A DNA stretch of 64,000 bases, taken from assembly GCA_963766715.1 (NCBI GenBank), contig CAVYBH010000012.1:576001-640000 (forward strand), in the 5' to 3' direction. A program made the position numbers and the translations under genes. Within the stretch, counting starts at the first letter, position 1, and every line of letters begins with the position of its first letter. This stretch comes from an uncultured delta proteobacterium (lineage in GTDB: Bacteria; Myxococcota; Myxococcia; Myxococcales; Anaeromyxobacteraceae). The notes under the pieces were generated by a model that did not search any database, was not told the origin of the DNA, and worked only from the letters and a program-made list of their open reading frames with translations. This document shows positions 41,239-52,489 of the stretch, piece by piece.

Positions 41239-44200
41239 TTGACACGATTCGAGAGATTCCTCGCCGTCCTGCTGGTCTCGCTCCTCCCGGGAGCGGCGTC
41301 GGCCCAGTACGACCCTGCGCTGCGCTGGCGGACGCTCGAGACGCCCAGCTTCCGGGTCCACTACTACGAGGGGGAGGAAGCCCTCGCCCAGCGCACGGCA
41401 GGGGCCCTCGAGCGCTCCCGGCTCCTGCTCGCCCCGGCATTCCCCGCGCTGCCCACCGGGAAGACCGAGGTGGTGCTCGCGGATCACACCGACGAGGCCA
41501 ACGGCCTCGCCACGGTCTTCCCGTACGACGCCATCCAGCTCGTGGCGACGCCGCCGGATTCCCTCTCCGAGCTGAACGACTACTCCGACTGGCTCTTCTC
41601 CCTGGTGGCCCACGAGTACGTGCACGTGGTCCACATCAACGTCCGGGGCGGCGTGCCGGCCTTCCTCGACGGGATCTTCGGCAAGGTGCTGGTGCCGAAC
41701 GGCATGGTGCCCCCGTGGCTCACGGAAGGCATGGCGGTGCTCCACGAGTCGGCCCCCGGGCACGGGCGAAACGCCAGCTCGCTCTTCGACATGTACGCCC
41801 GGGCGATGGTGCTCGAGGGCGGGCTCTTCCCGCTGCCCGAGGTATCCAACCCGCCGCTCGACTGGCCGCTCGGGAACATGTGGTACCTGCTGGGCGGCCG
41901 CTTCCTCTCCTTCCTCCACGAGCGGTCCGGCGCCGCCGGCCTGAGCGACTTCGTGGCCGAGCAGGGGCGGTGGGTGTGGCCTTTCGCCATCGGCGTCGTG
42001 GCCGAGGACACGCTGGGCGGCCAGGACTTCCAGGCGCTCTGGGGCGAGTTCGCGGGCGCGCTGCGGACCCGCTACGAGGAGCAGACTCGCACGGGTCCGG
42101 CGCTCCCCGGTGACCGCGCCGGAATGGATCACCCGCCGGGGCGCGCGCGTCCTCCACCCCCGATGGTCGCCGGACGGCAGCTTCGTCGCCTACTGGGACC
42201 GCGGGCTCGACGGGCCGCAGGGGATCCGTCGCGCCACCCCGGACGGCAAGGACCTCGGGCTCGCCGTCGAGATCGTCGCCAACGGGACCTTCGCGCTGCG
42301 CTCCCCCGTCGAGGCCATCGTGGCCGTCGAGGATTACTACCAGTACTACTGGCTCTGGAGCGACCTCTGGCGCGTGGACCTGGACACGGGGCGCCGGACG
42401 CGGCTGACCCGCGGGGAGCGGGCCACCGATCCCGACGTCCGCCCGGGCGGAGACGTCGTGGCCTACGTGGCGCGCGTCGCCCCCGGGGAGATGGCGCTCA
42501 AGCGGCTCTGGCTCGACGACGGGCGGATGGAGACGCTCTTCCACCTGCCGGGTGCGCAGGTGTACCTGCCCCGCATCTCCCCGGACGGCCGGCGGATCGC
42601 CTTCGAGCTCCAGGTGGGCGCGCGACGGGACATCGCCGTCTGGGAGGACGGGCGGGTGGTCCGGGTGACGAACGACGATGCCCTCGACACGAGCCCGGAG
42701 TGGCTGCCGGACGGCCGCCTCCTCTTCTCCTCCGACCGGACCGGGATCTACGACCTGTACGTCTTCGAGGCCGGACCGGACGGCTGGGCCCACCCCGTCG
42801 AGGCGCCCTTGCCTCCGCTGGTGCCGCCCGTCGCCTCCCACCCTCCTCTCGCTCGTGCCCCCGGAATCGCCGCCCGCGGAGCCAGGCCCTCCCGTCGATC
42901 CCGATCCCGCCCCTCCGGAGGTCCTCGTGGTGCCGGGCCGGATCCTGCAGGTGAGCAACTCGGAGATGGGCGCGATGCAGCCCGCGGCGTCCCCGGACGG
43001 CGGGCGCGTCGCCTACGTGTCCTACTCGCGGGCCGGATACGACCTGGCCCGCCTCGAGCTCACCGGCCGCGCCTACCCTCCGGCGCCGGAGGCGCTTCCC
43101 CGGACGGCGGCGCTTCCGTACGACCACGATCCCGGCTACGCCTCGGTACCCTACGATCCCTGGCCGATGCTCGTGCCCCGGTACTGGCTGCCGGTCTTCG
43201 GGTGGGACGCCGCAGGGTTCACGCTGGGTGCGTTGAGCTCGGCGTCCGACGTGGTGGGGCTCCACTCCTGGGCCGGCGACCTGCGCTGGAGCTTCGGGAC
43301 GGCGTCCCCCGTCTACGACGTGTCCTATCTCGGCCAGTGGATGCGGACGCCGCTCCTCGCGTCGTCGTCCCGCTGGATCACCGCCGCCCCCGGGCCTGAC
43401 CGGCGTCAACCAGGAGGTCTGGACGCCGCTGCGCGCCTCCCTGCTCCTCCCGTTCCGGGAGCTGTACCGGGAGCTCACGTTCTCGCTGGGCTGGAGCGGC
43501 ACCTTCTACCGGGCCCTGAACCCGCCGCCCGGTCCCTTGCCGCTCGCCGATGGCTTCCGGAGCATGATCGGCGCGGGCGTCGCCTACGACGACACCCGGC
43601 AGTACGTGAACAGCATCTCCCGCATCTCCGGATTCCAGGCATCGCTCGCCGGGGGCGTGACCGCGCCGGCGCTGGGGAGCGACTACGACTACGCGTGGGG
43701 CGAGGCCGCCTGGAACGGGTACCTGCGCGTTCCCTGGACCGAGCAATGGGTGTTCGCGCTCCACCTCGCCTACGGGACCTCGGTCGGGACCTTCGGGGGT
43801 CAGTACCCGTTCACCCTCGGCGGCATCCCGCCGCCCGACGTGGCCGGCCTGCTCCTCGGGGCCCTCGGCTTCGCCTCCGTCGGGTCCCAGCCCGACCAGC
43901 TTCGGGGCTACCCGTCGGGCCTCTTCCAGGGCAGCCACCTCGCCAGCGGGACGTTCGAGCTCCGCTTCCCCATCGCGGCTCCGCAGTGGGGCATCTCCAC
44001 CTGGCCCGTCTTCCTCCGGCGGCTCTCCGGCGCCGCCTTCCTCGACGCGGGGATCGCCTGGGTGCCCTTCGCGGGCGTGCCGTGGTGGCAGCGGATCCGC
44101 TTCGGCGCCGGGGCGGAGCTGGACGCGGAGCTGGTCCTGGGCTTCTACATCCCCGTCACGCTGCGAATCGGCATCGGCCAGGGGCTCGGGCCCCTGCTCG

Positions 44201-44268
44201 CCCCGGGGAGCCCGTCCGACCCTTACGCCGGGACGCAGTTCTATGTGACACTCGGCCAGTCGTTCTGA
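41239..44268 (+). CDS. Large outer-membrane protein: HExxH peptidase-like domain, PD40/WD40 propeller and Omp85-type barrel; 3 apparent frameshifts
   Basis: Signal peptide, HEYVH...WLTEG, PRWSPDG/PRISPDG/PEWLPDG repeats, LRGY motif, ELRFP, FLDAG, terminal Phe. Confidence 0.78.
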
Positions 44269-44331
44269 CCGCCGGTCGCGCTTGCGAGGTCCGGCGACCG
44301 GTGCTAGAACGCCCGGCGTTTCCACGTCTTC

Positions 44332-44407
<76 letters not shown>

Positions 44408-44571
44408 CAAACGACGATCACGCGGCTCGCGGCGCCCCCAGGGGTTCGCTCGAGCCCTTTTGTGTCGCCGCCAATTCTCGAACAAGGCCTGCGGATTGGG
44501 GCTGCGGCGGAACGCCCGCAGCCCCTAGTGTCAGGGAAGAAGACTCGTCGTCGTGGCCCGGGGGGGCCGAC

Positions 44572-44968
44572 ATGGCGAAGATGAAACTCACGCCGGCAGG
44601 TGCGACCGACGGGCCCCGGTGGTGCTCGTCGCTACCGCCGTGCCGGCCGATCGAGCCTTCTTCTCGCAGCTCCTCGAGGGCGCGGGCTGCGAGGTCGTCC
44701 TCGCGGTCGACGGCCAGGATGCCTTCCGGAAGGTCGTCCTCTTCTGGCCCGGCTCATCGTCCTCGACCTGGACCTGCCGCTCCTGAGCGGCCGGGAGTTT
44801 CTCCGGATCAGGTCCGAACACGAGCGCCTGACCCTCATCCCCGTGATCGTCATCGCCGACGGTTCCCCGCATCCGGAGGTCGGGGCGGTCGTCGCGAGGC
44901 CCTTCGTCCCCGAGCAGGTCCTCGCCGACGTTCGCCGGCTGGCGGGCTTCCTGAAGCGAACGGCCTGA
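44572..44968 (+). CDS. Degenerate single-domain response regulator; apparent frameshifts
   Basis: Stitched: VVLVATAVPADRAFFSQLLEGAGCEVVLAVDGQDAF...LIVLDLDLPLLSGREFL...IPVIVI...VVARPFVPEQVLADVRRL. Confidence 0.7.
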
Positions 44969-45070
44969 TTCGCCGGTCACCCGGGGGGAGCCGGGTCCCC
45001 CGTGTCCCTTGACTGCGCGTATTGGCCTTCCACCCCGGGGCTTGCTAGCCTTCGAGTCAAGGGGGTCGTC

Positions 45071-45292
45071 ATGCCTCGTGCGACGACGAGAGAGACGTCG
45101 AGATTTCCTTCCGTGGTCCTGGCCGGCGCCGGCCTCGCGCTGGGCGTGGCCCTGGTCCACGACACGCTCGACAGCCGCGTGATGACGGCGGCGAGCATCT
45201 TCCACTCGCCGATCGTGGCGGTGGGAGGCGTGCTCGGGGTGCTCATGGCCGCCGTTCTCGCCTGGGACCTCTTCACGTCCCGGCGGGGCTGA
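45071..45292 (+). CDS. Small 2-TM hypothetical protein
   Basis: Two hydrophobic helices in ORF 45002..45292; ATG at 45071. Confidence 0.55.
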   Translation: MPRATTRETSRFPSVVLAGAGLALGVALVHDTLDSRVMTAASIFHSPIVAVGGVLGVLMAAVLAWDLFTSRRG

Positions 45293-45297
45293 GCTCC

Positions 45298-45678
45298 ATG
45301 GCCGTGCGGGCGGCCGCCCTGCTCTCCTGCCTCTTCGCGCTCGCAGGCTGCCAGTCCTCCGCCAAGTACACCGTCCCATCCGCCGCCATCAATTCCGCCC
45401 TCGCCGCCGGCGCCTCCGTGGCCCAGAAGTCGGCGGGCGGATGCTACGCCACGTGCGTCGGCGGCACGATGTGCAACCCCCGCACGGGATTCTGCGAGTC
45501 GCCCGGCGTGGTCTGCATCGGCAGCGAGGCCGAGTCTCCGGCCTGCCTGAACCGGCCCGGCACCACCATGGACACCTCGGCCGCCGGGCCATCCGTCCAG
45601 CCGCCGACGAGCCTGCCCTTCGGCATCTCCCCGGCGACCGGTGGCGTTCCTCCTCCGCCGGGGACCCGGCCACAGTAA
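45298..45678 (+). CDS. Cys-rich lipoprotein
   Basis: Lipobox LAGC; GGCYATCVGGTMCNPRTGFCE disulfide-rich motif. Confidence 0.75.
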   Translation: MAVRAAALLSCLFALAGCQSSAKYTVPSAAINSALAAGASVAQKSAGGCYATCVGGTMCNPRTGFCESPGVVCIGSEAESPACLNRPGTTMDTSAAGPSVQPPTSLPFGISPATGGVPPPPGTRPQ

Positions 45679-45690
45679 GAAGCAAGGACC

Positions 45691-46719
45691 ATGACCCGAC
45701 CCATGAACCGCCAGTGGCTTCTCGAGCGTCGCCCCGAGGGGCTCGTCTCCGACCAGGACTTCCGGCTCGTCGAGGGACCCGCCCCCGAGCCGTCGGACGG
45801 CGAGGCGCTCGTCCGCAACCTCTACCTCTCCATCGACCCCACCCAGCGGGGCTGGATGGCCATGGACACCTATCTCCCCGCCGTGAAGATCGGCGAGGTG
45901 ATGCGGTCGTTCGCCGTCGCGCAGGTGGTGGAGTCCCGCCACCCGGCGCTCAAGGCTGGCCAGCTGGTCCAGGGGCTCTTCGGATGGCAGGACTACGCCC
46001 TCGCCCGTCCGGGAACCTCGACCTCCCCGACCCCCGTGCCGGCCGGGGTGCCCATCGAGACGGCGATGAGCGCGCTCGGCCTCACCGGCATCACCGCCTA
46101 CTTCGGGCTCCTCGAGGTCGGGAGGCCCCGCCCCGGCGAGACCGTCGTCGTCTCCGGCGCGGCCGGCGCCACCGGCTCGGCGGCGGCGCAGATCGCGCGC
46201 ATCGCCGGCTGTCGCGTCATCGGCATCGCCGGCGGCGAGGAGAAGTGCCGGTACCTCGTGGACGAGCTCGGGCTCGACGGCGCCGTGGACTACAAGGCGC
46301 CCGACGTCGGCGCGCGGCTCCGCGCGCTCTGTCCGTCCGGGATCGACGTCTTCTTCGACAACGTGGGGGGGCCGGTCCTCGATCTCGTGCTGCTGCAGCT
46401 GGCCCTGCGCGGCCGCGTCGTGCTCTGCGGAGGCATCTCCCACTACAACGACGCCCGGCCCACCCCGGGGCCGGCCAACTACCTCGCGCTCGTCTCCAAG
46501 CGGGGGCGCATGGAGGGCTTCATCGTCCTCGACTTCCTGTCCCGCGCCGGTGAGGCCGTGGCCGCGCTCGCCGGCTGGCTGCGGGCGGGGAAGCTGAAGG
46601 ACCGGGTGGACGTGGTCGAGGGGCTGGAGAACGCCCCCGCCGCGCTGCGCCGGCTCTTCGAGGGACGGAACCGCGGCAAGCAGCTCGTGCGACTCGCCTC
46701 CCCGGCGTCCGCGCCGTGA
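45691..46719 (+). CDS. NADP-dependent MDR oxidoreductase (CurA/YncB/PTGR-like)
   Basis: RNLYLSIDP, GITAYFGL, VSGAAGATG, GIDVFFDNVGG, GKQLV. Confidence 0.92.
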   Translation: MTRPMNRQWLLERRPEGLVSDQDFRLVEGPAPEPSDGEALVRNLYLSIDPTQRGWMAMDTYLPAVKIGEVMRSFAVAQVVESRHPALKAGQLVQGLFGWQDYALARPGTSTSPTPVPAGVPIETAMSALGLTGITAYFGLLEVGRPRPGETVVVSGAAGATGSAAAQIARIAGCRVIGIAGGEEKCRYLVDELGLDGAVDYKAPDVGARLRALCPSGIDVFFDNVGGPVLDLVLLQLALRGRVVLCGGISHYNDARPTPGPANYLALVSKRGRMEGFIVLDFLSRAGEAVAALAGWLRAGKLKDRVDVVEGLENAPAALRRLFEGRNRGKQLVRLASPASAP

Positions 46720-47850
46720 GCGACTCGCCCGCGGGTCGTCGTCGTCGCACCCGACTCCTTCAAGGGGAGCCTCTCCGCACCGGAGGCCGCCGCGGCCATG
46801 GAGCGAGGCGTCCGGACCGCCTGGCCCGATGCACGGATCGTGAAGGTGCCGATCGCCGACGGCGGCGAGGGCACCGTCGAGGCGCTGGTGGAGGCCACCG
46901 GCGGGCGCTACGAGACGAGGGAGGTCCGCGGCCCGCTCGGGCGCCCCGTGGACGCCCGATGGGGCGTCCTGGGCGACGGGCGAACCGCCGTCGTGGAGAT
47001 GGCCGCCGCCTCCGGGCTCACGCTCGTGCCGGAGGGGCGGAGGGATCCCCGCGTGGCCTCCACGTTCGGGACGGGGCAGCTCCTGCGAGCGGCGCTCGAC
47101 GAGGGCTTCCGCCACGTCGTGGTCGGGATCGGGGGCAGCGCCACCAACGACGGCGGATCCGGCATGGCGAAGGCCCTGGGCGTCCGCTTCCTCGACGGAC
47201 GTGGCCAGCCCCTTCCCGAGGGCGGCGCCCCGCTCGTCCGCATCGCGTCCATCGACCTCTCCGGAGTCGACCCGCGCCTCGCCGAGGCCGAATTCCTCGT
47301 CGCCTGCGACGTGGACAACCCGCTCACCGGTCCCCGCGGAGCCTCGGCGGTCTACGGTCCGCAGAAGGGCGCGACCCCGGCCGTGGTCGAGGAGCTGGAC
47401 GCCGCCCTCGAGCGCTACGCGGAGGTGTCCCGCCAGGCGACGGGTCGCGACGTGGCCCGCCTCCCGGGCGCGGGCGCGGCGGGAGGCCTCGGGGCGGGCT
47501 TGCTCTTCTTCACCCCGGCCCGCCTGGTCCCGGGCGTCGACCTGGTCCTCGACTCCACCCGCTTCGACGATCTCGTCCGCGGCGCGGCGCTCGTCCTGAC
47601 CGGCGAGGGTCGATCCGATGCCCAGACCGCCATGGGGAAGGCGCCCGTCGGCGTGGCGCGGGTGGCGCAGCGGCACGGGGTCCCGGTCTTGCTCGTGTCG
47701 GGCAGCCTGGGGCCGGGCGCCGAGGATCTGGTGCGCCACGGCATCTCCCGGGTCGAGTCCGCGTCACCGGCCGGGATGCCCGTGGAGGAGGCGATGCGGC
47801 GCGCGGCCGAGCTCCTCGAAGCCGCCGTCATCCGCTGCCTCCGCGGGTGA
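46716..47850 (+). CDS. Glycerate kinase class I (GlxK/GarK); apparent frameshift near 46730
   Basis: VAPDSFKGSL, PIADGGEGT, GIGGSATNDGG, DVDNPL, GAAGGLG, TGEG. Confidence 0.93.
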
Positions 47851-47917
47851 CCCAAAAGCCCGCCTTCCAGGGGCGCAACCAGGCGTTTTTACATGCGGAA
47901 CCCACCCGGGAAAGAGT

Positions 47918-47946
47918 TTGATTCCCGTGTCGACCGGGCTTAGCAT
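47918..47946 (+). promoter_or_regulatory. sigma70-type promoter of the dehydrogenase gene
   Basis: TTGATT, 17 nt, TAGCAT. Confidence 0.55.
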
Positions 47947-47990
47947 CGCTCCGTCCCCTCCCCAGACCCACACACACTCGAGGTGCGTCA

Positions 47991-49523
47991 ATGGCGTCGC
48001 GCAAGGACAGCTCCAGGAAGAGCATCTTCGACGAGTCGATGGAGGCGTTCTATCGCGCCTCCGAGCTGATTCACCTCGACCCGCGCGTCCGGCTCGAGCT
48101 CGAGGAGCCGGACTTCGAGCACATCTTCTACATCACCATCGAGACCCGGGACCGCCTGGTGCCGGTGGCCAAGGAGGAGGAGGCGCACTTCAAGGATCTG
48201 CCCGCCTCCTCGATGAAGGCCGGCGAGGCCCTGGAGCCGCTGGCCAACGGCCAGCTCGTCCTCCACCGCCGCGCCCTGCTGAAGGCCGACATCACCTTGC
48301 GTGAAGGCGTCCTGCGCATCCCGAAGCGCGGCCTCTTCCGCATCGAGAAGGGCGGCCCGAAGAAGTTCAAGGCCTACCGCATCCAGTACAACCAGGTGCG
48401 CGGCCCCTACAAGGGAGGCGTCCGGTTCCACAAGGACGTCTCGCTCGACCTCTTCAAGGCGCTGGCCGCCGACATGACCTGGAAGACCGCCATCGCCGAC
48501 ATCCCCTTCGGCGGGGCCAAGGGCGGCGTGCGCATCGATCCCGCGGCCTACTCGAAGGAGGAGATGGAGCACGTCTCGCTCCGCTTCATCTACAAGCTGA
48601 AGAACGTGATCGGCCCCTACGTCGACATCCCGGCGCCGGACGTCAACACCAACCCCGAGATCATGGCGATCATGATGCGCCAGTTCACGGACGGCGAGCG
48701 GATGCCCCACGCCATGCGCGGGGTGGTCACCGGCAAGGACGTGCGCATCGGAGGCTCGGAGGGACGCGCCAAGGCCACCGGCCAGGGCACGGTCTACTGC
48801 CTGGAGGAGTGGGCGCGCTGGCGCGGCGAGAGCCTGGCGGGGAAGCGGGTGCTCGTCCAGGGCTTCGGCAACGTGGGCACCGCGTCGGCCGAGATCCTCC
48901 ACGCCATGGGTGCGAAGATCGTCGGCGTCCAGGACGCGTACGGGACGATCATGAACGAGAAGGGGCTCGACGTCCCGGCCCTGCTGGCCCACGCCGCCGC
49001 GCCCGACAACCTCCGCCGCTCGGTGGAGGGCTTCACCGGCGGCACCAAGATCGCCCGCGAGGACTTCTGGAAGCTGGAGGCCGAGATCGCCATCCCGGCC
49101 GCCCTGGGCGGATCGATCACCGGCGACGTCGCCGAGGGGCTGAACAAGGTCCAGGTGGTCGCCGAGGCCGCCAACGGTCCCACCACGCCCGACGGCGACA
49201 AGGTGCTGGGCGAGCGGAAGATCGACCTCATCCCGGACATCATCTGCAACGCCGGCGGCGTCACCGTCTCCTACTACGAGTGGCTCCAGAACCTGCGCAT
49301 GGAGCACTGGACCGAGGCCGAGGTGAACAACCGGCTGGAGCGGGCGATCAAGGCCAACTTCGGCATCATCCACGACATCGCGGTCGACAGCCCGCAGAAG
49401 ACCCCGCTCTACGACTCCCGCCGCTTCGTGGTGGGCAAGAAGATCGACATGCGCACGGCCGCCATGGCGCTGGCCTTGCGGCGCATCGAGAACCACTACC
49501 TGCTCGAGGGCTTCTCGCAGTAG
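47991..49523 (+). CDS. gdhA: Glu/Leu/Phe/Val dehydrogenase (glutamate dehydrogenase)
   Basis: RGPYKGGVRFH, MTWK, PFGGAKGG, DIPAPDV, VQGFGNVG, EAANGPTT, NAGGVTVSYYEW. Confidence 0.92.
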   Translation: MASRKDSSRKSIFDESMEAFYRASELIHLDPRVRLELEEPDFEHIFYITIETRDRLVPVAKEEEAHFKDLPASSMKAGEALEPLANGQLVLHRRALLKADITLREGVLRIPKRGLFRIEKGGPKKFKAYRIQYNQVRGPYKGGVRFHKDVSLDLFKALAADMTWKTAIADIPFGGAKGGVRIDPAAYSKEEMEHVSLRFIYKLKNVIGPYVDIPAPDVNTNPEIMAIMMRQFTDGERMPHAMRGVVTGKDVRIGGSEGRAKATGQGTVYCLEEWARWRGESLAGKRVLVQGFGNVGTASAEILHAMGAKIVGVQDAYGTIMNEKGLDVPALLAHAAAPDNLRRSVEGFTGGTKIAREDFWKLEAEIAIPAALGGSITGDVAEGLNKVQVVAEAANGPTTPDGDKVLGERKIDLIPDIICNAGGVTVSYYEWLQNLRMEHWTEAEVNNRLERAIKANFGIIHDIAVDSPQKTPLYDSRRFVVGKKIDMRTAAMALALRRIENHYLLEGFSQ

Positions 49524-49545
49524 CCGGGCTCGCCCGGCCGCCAGG

Positions 49546-51172
49546 TCACGCGTCGTCGCCGCAGACCGTCGGGAGGAACTCGTCCCGCCGGTCTGCGAGC
49601 CAGCGAGCCTCCCGCGGGACCGCCTTCCACCACACCCAGGCCCCGGCGACGCCCAGGCCGCCCCAGCCGGCGAGCAGGAGCGCCGTCGACTCGGCGCGGA
49701 TGGCCAGCAGGGCCGGCAGCGCGAAGATCCCGCTCACCGCCGACACGATCGCCACGCCCGCCAGCCCGGAGGCCGTGGAGACCGCCGAGCCTCGCTGGAT
49801 GGCGAAGGAGGCCGCCCGGGGCCGCAAGATGGAGACCAGGTTCCCGGCCGCGAGCATCCAGGGCGCCGTCCCCGCGTGGAGCAGGAGCGCCGCCGCCAGC
49901 GCCCAGGCGGGCACCGCGCCCTTGCCGATGGCGGCCATCAGCGCCGCCGAGAGGAGGAAGAGCAGCAGGCTCGCCGCATACAGGACGAGCCCCTTGGCGC
50001 GCAGCACCCCCGCCAGGTCGACCGGCGCGAGGAAGTAGGCTCGAGCCCCTCCCCGCTCCCAGCCGAAGGCGTTCAGCCAGAAGGCCTGCAGCAGCATGTG
50101 GGTGTAGAGGGCCACGCCGAAGAGCGGAAGGGCCCGGATCACCTCGCCCGCGTCCGCCGGGATTCGCGGCTCCACCCGCCAGGCGACGAAGCCCGCGATG
50201 GCGGGCGCGAGCAGGAAGGCGACCCGCGCGAGCGGCTGCCGGAAGAGGTAACGCCCCTCCTTCTCGACGAGCGCCCCCCACCGGCCTTCGAGCAGCCCAC
50301 GGTCGGGGGCCGCCGCTGCGGCGCCGCGCGCGCCCCCCGTGGCGTTTCCGCCCTGCGCCTGGCGCAGCGCGATCCGGAAGGACGCCCACCCGGTCGCCGC
50401 GCTCGCGGCGAGCAGGCCCGCAAGCCAGGGCAGGCTCGCCGCGCCCCGTCCGGCGAACAGCTCGCGCGCCGCGGCCGCCGAGAAGGCCGCCGGCCAGGCC
50501 ATCCACTGGAGCACCCGCAGGGACGGCAGGAGGTCCCCGGTGGCCCGGAAGGGATGCTCTGCCGTCCGCGCCAGCGCGATCAGGATCCCGACCGACACGC
50601 CCACCGAGAGCACCGTGGCCCACTCCCGGATCCGGCGGGTCGAGAGGACGAAGGTCATCACCTCCTGGATGAGCGCGACGAAGAGGACCGTCGCGACGGC
50701 GAAGGCGACCAGGGTCACGGCCGAGGAGGCCCAGCCAGGCGCCCGGCCGGGCCAGCGCAGACCCGACGAACACGCCCGTCAGGATGGCGCCCCAGACGAG
50801 CCCCATCGGGTCGCCGACCACGCCGGTCGCGAGCCCCATCCCGTACACGCGTCCCGGGGCGATCGGGTAGGCCAGGAAGCGACCCAGGTCGAGCCCCTCC
50901 CGGTCGTTCAGCGTGAGGCTCACGACCGTCCAGGTCTGCCACAGGCCGAAGAAGATGGCGGCGGCCCCGACGTCGCTGCGGAGCCCGCCTCCCGCCTTCA
51001 CGGACTGGAAGGCCCCGAAGCCGACCGCGACCGCGAAGCCCAGCCCCACCGGGATCGCGATCGCGAGCAGGACCACGCTGGCCACGCCCTCCGCGATCCC
51101 GCCCCGGCTGGTGAACCGGCGCCAGAGGAGCCGCGCGCGCAGCTCCACCAGGGCCCGGAGCTGGGCCCTCAC
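49546..51172 (-). CDS. ABC-2 type transporter permease; apparent frameshift near 50720
   Basis: Many TM helices; overlaps the ABC ATPase stop; LNAFGWERGG motif. Confidence 0.78.
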
Positions 51173-51945
51173 CCGCCCTCCCCGCGCGCCCCGAGCCAGG
51201 AGAGCCCCGGACCGGGCGGACGATCCTCTCCGACCATGCGGATGAAGGTGTCCTCGAGGGAGCCCGTCGCGCGAACCTCGTCGAGGGTCCCCTGCGCCAC
51301 GAGCTGGCCCCGGTGGATGATGCCCACGTGGGTGACGAGCCGCTCGACGACCTCGAGCACGTGGCTGGTGAGGAAGATGGTGAGCGAGCGGCGCACCACC
51401 AGGTCCTGGAGCATGCGCCGGATGCCCGAGACCGCCACGGCGTCGATGCCCTCGAACGGCTCGTCCAGGAAGAGGAGCTCCGGACCGTGGATGAGCGCGC
51501 AGGCCAGCGCCAGCTTCTTCTTCATCCCGTGGCTGTAGTCCTGCACCAGCTTTCCGCCCTCGGGGGCCAGCTCCATCGCCTCGAGGAGCTCGGCGGCCCT
51601 TCGACCGGCGGTGATCCGGTCGAGTCCGTAGAGCTGCCCCTGGATGCGGAGCATCTCGCTCCCGGAGAGGCGCTCGAAGAGCGCCAGGCCGTCCGGGACC
51701 ACCCCGATGCGCCCCTTCACGGACAGACCGTCCCGGGAGAGGTCGGCCCCCAGGACGCGGGCCTCCCCGCCGGTGGGACGCAGGAGCCCGGTGAGCATCT
51801 TCATCGTGGTGCTCTTCCCGGCCCCGTTCGGTCCGAGGAAGCCATAGAAGGCGCCCGACGGAACGCGGAGGTCGAGGGACGAGACCGCCGGCTTGCCGTC
51901 GAAGAGGCGGGTCAGGCCCCGGGTCTCGACCGCCAGGGAATCCAC
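51169..51945 (-). CDS. ABC transporter ATP-binding protein
   Basis: GPNGAGKST, YSHGMKKK, LFLDEP, TSH. Confidence 0.95.
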   Translation of the reverse strand: MDSLAVETRGLTRLFDGKPAVSSLDLRVPSGAFYGFLGPNGAGKSTTMKMLTGLLRPTGGEARVLGADLSRDGLSVKGRIGVVPDGLALFERLSGSEMLRIQGQLYGLDRITAGRRAAELLEAMELAPEGGKLVQDYSHGMKKKLALACALIHGPELLFLDEPFEGIDAVAVSGIRRMLQDLVVRRSLTIFLTSHVLEVVERLVTHVGIIHRGQLVAQGTLDEVRATGSLEDTFIRMVGEDRPPGPGLSWLGARGEGG

Positions 51946-52027
51946 CTGGCTCAGCCCCGCGCCTTCTCGGCGTGACGGGCGAGGTGCTTCTCGACGAACG
52001 GTTCGGGCATCCCGTTCGGATAGTACG

Positions 52028-52405
52028 CTAGTGGAGCGACCGCACGGACTCGCCTCGCGCCTCGAAGTAGAGGAAGCGCACGCCCATGCCGTGGACCGAG
52101 GCGTGGACGTCCTGCCCGGCGCGCCGGCCCACCAGGTGGCACACGTAGCGCACCTCGGCCACCGCGGTCATGTCGCCCGACTCGGAGGGAAAGGCCACGT
52201 GCACCTGCGAGCCGATGGGGTGCGGGGTCGCGGTCTCCACGAACATGCCGCCCTCGGAGATGTTGCGGGCGATGCCCATCCCGCAGCCGTGCTCCCCCTC
52301 CAGCCAGACCGGGAAGACCTTGTCCAGGCGCGAACCGCCGCGGCGGTCGGCCGCGGGGGCCTCTGCCCTTCCCTCCACCTCGGACAGTCGTCGAAACCAG
52401 GTCAT
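52028..52405 (-). CDS. PilZ domain protein
   Basis: RxxxR (RGGSR) and NxSxxG (NISEGG) motifs, GMGVRF. Confidence 0.88.
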   Translation of the reverse strand: MTWFRRLSEVEGRAEAPAADRRGGSRLDKVFPVWLEGEHGCGMGIARNISEGGMFVETATPHPIGSQVHVAFPSESGDMTAVAEVRYVCHLVGRRAGQDVHASVHGMGVRFLYFEARGESVRSLH

Positions 52406-52413
52406 GGACGAGA

Positions 52414-52446
52414 AGGCCTCCGCCGCAAACGCTACGGCGGAGGCCT
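52414..52446 (-). terminator. 12-bp hairpin downstream of degP, just before the PilZ start
   Basis: AGGCCTCCGCCG-9 nt-CGGCGGAGGCCT perfect inverted repeat with a weak U-tract. Confidence 0.55.
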
Positions 52447-52489
52447 CATGTCGTCAAACTTCCGACCTTTACCTACATCCCCTGGAGGG

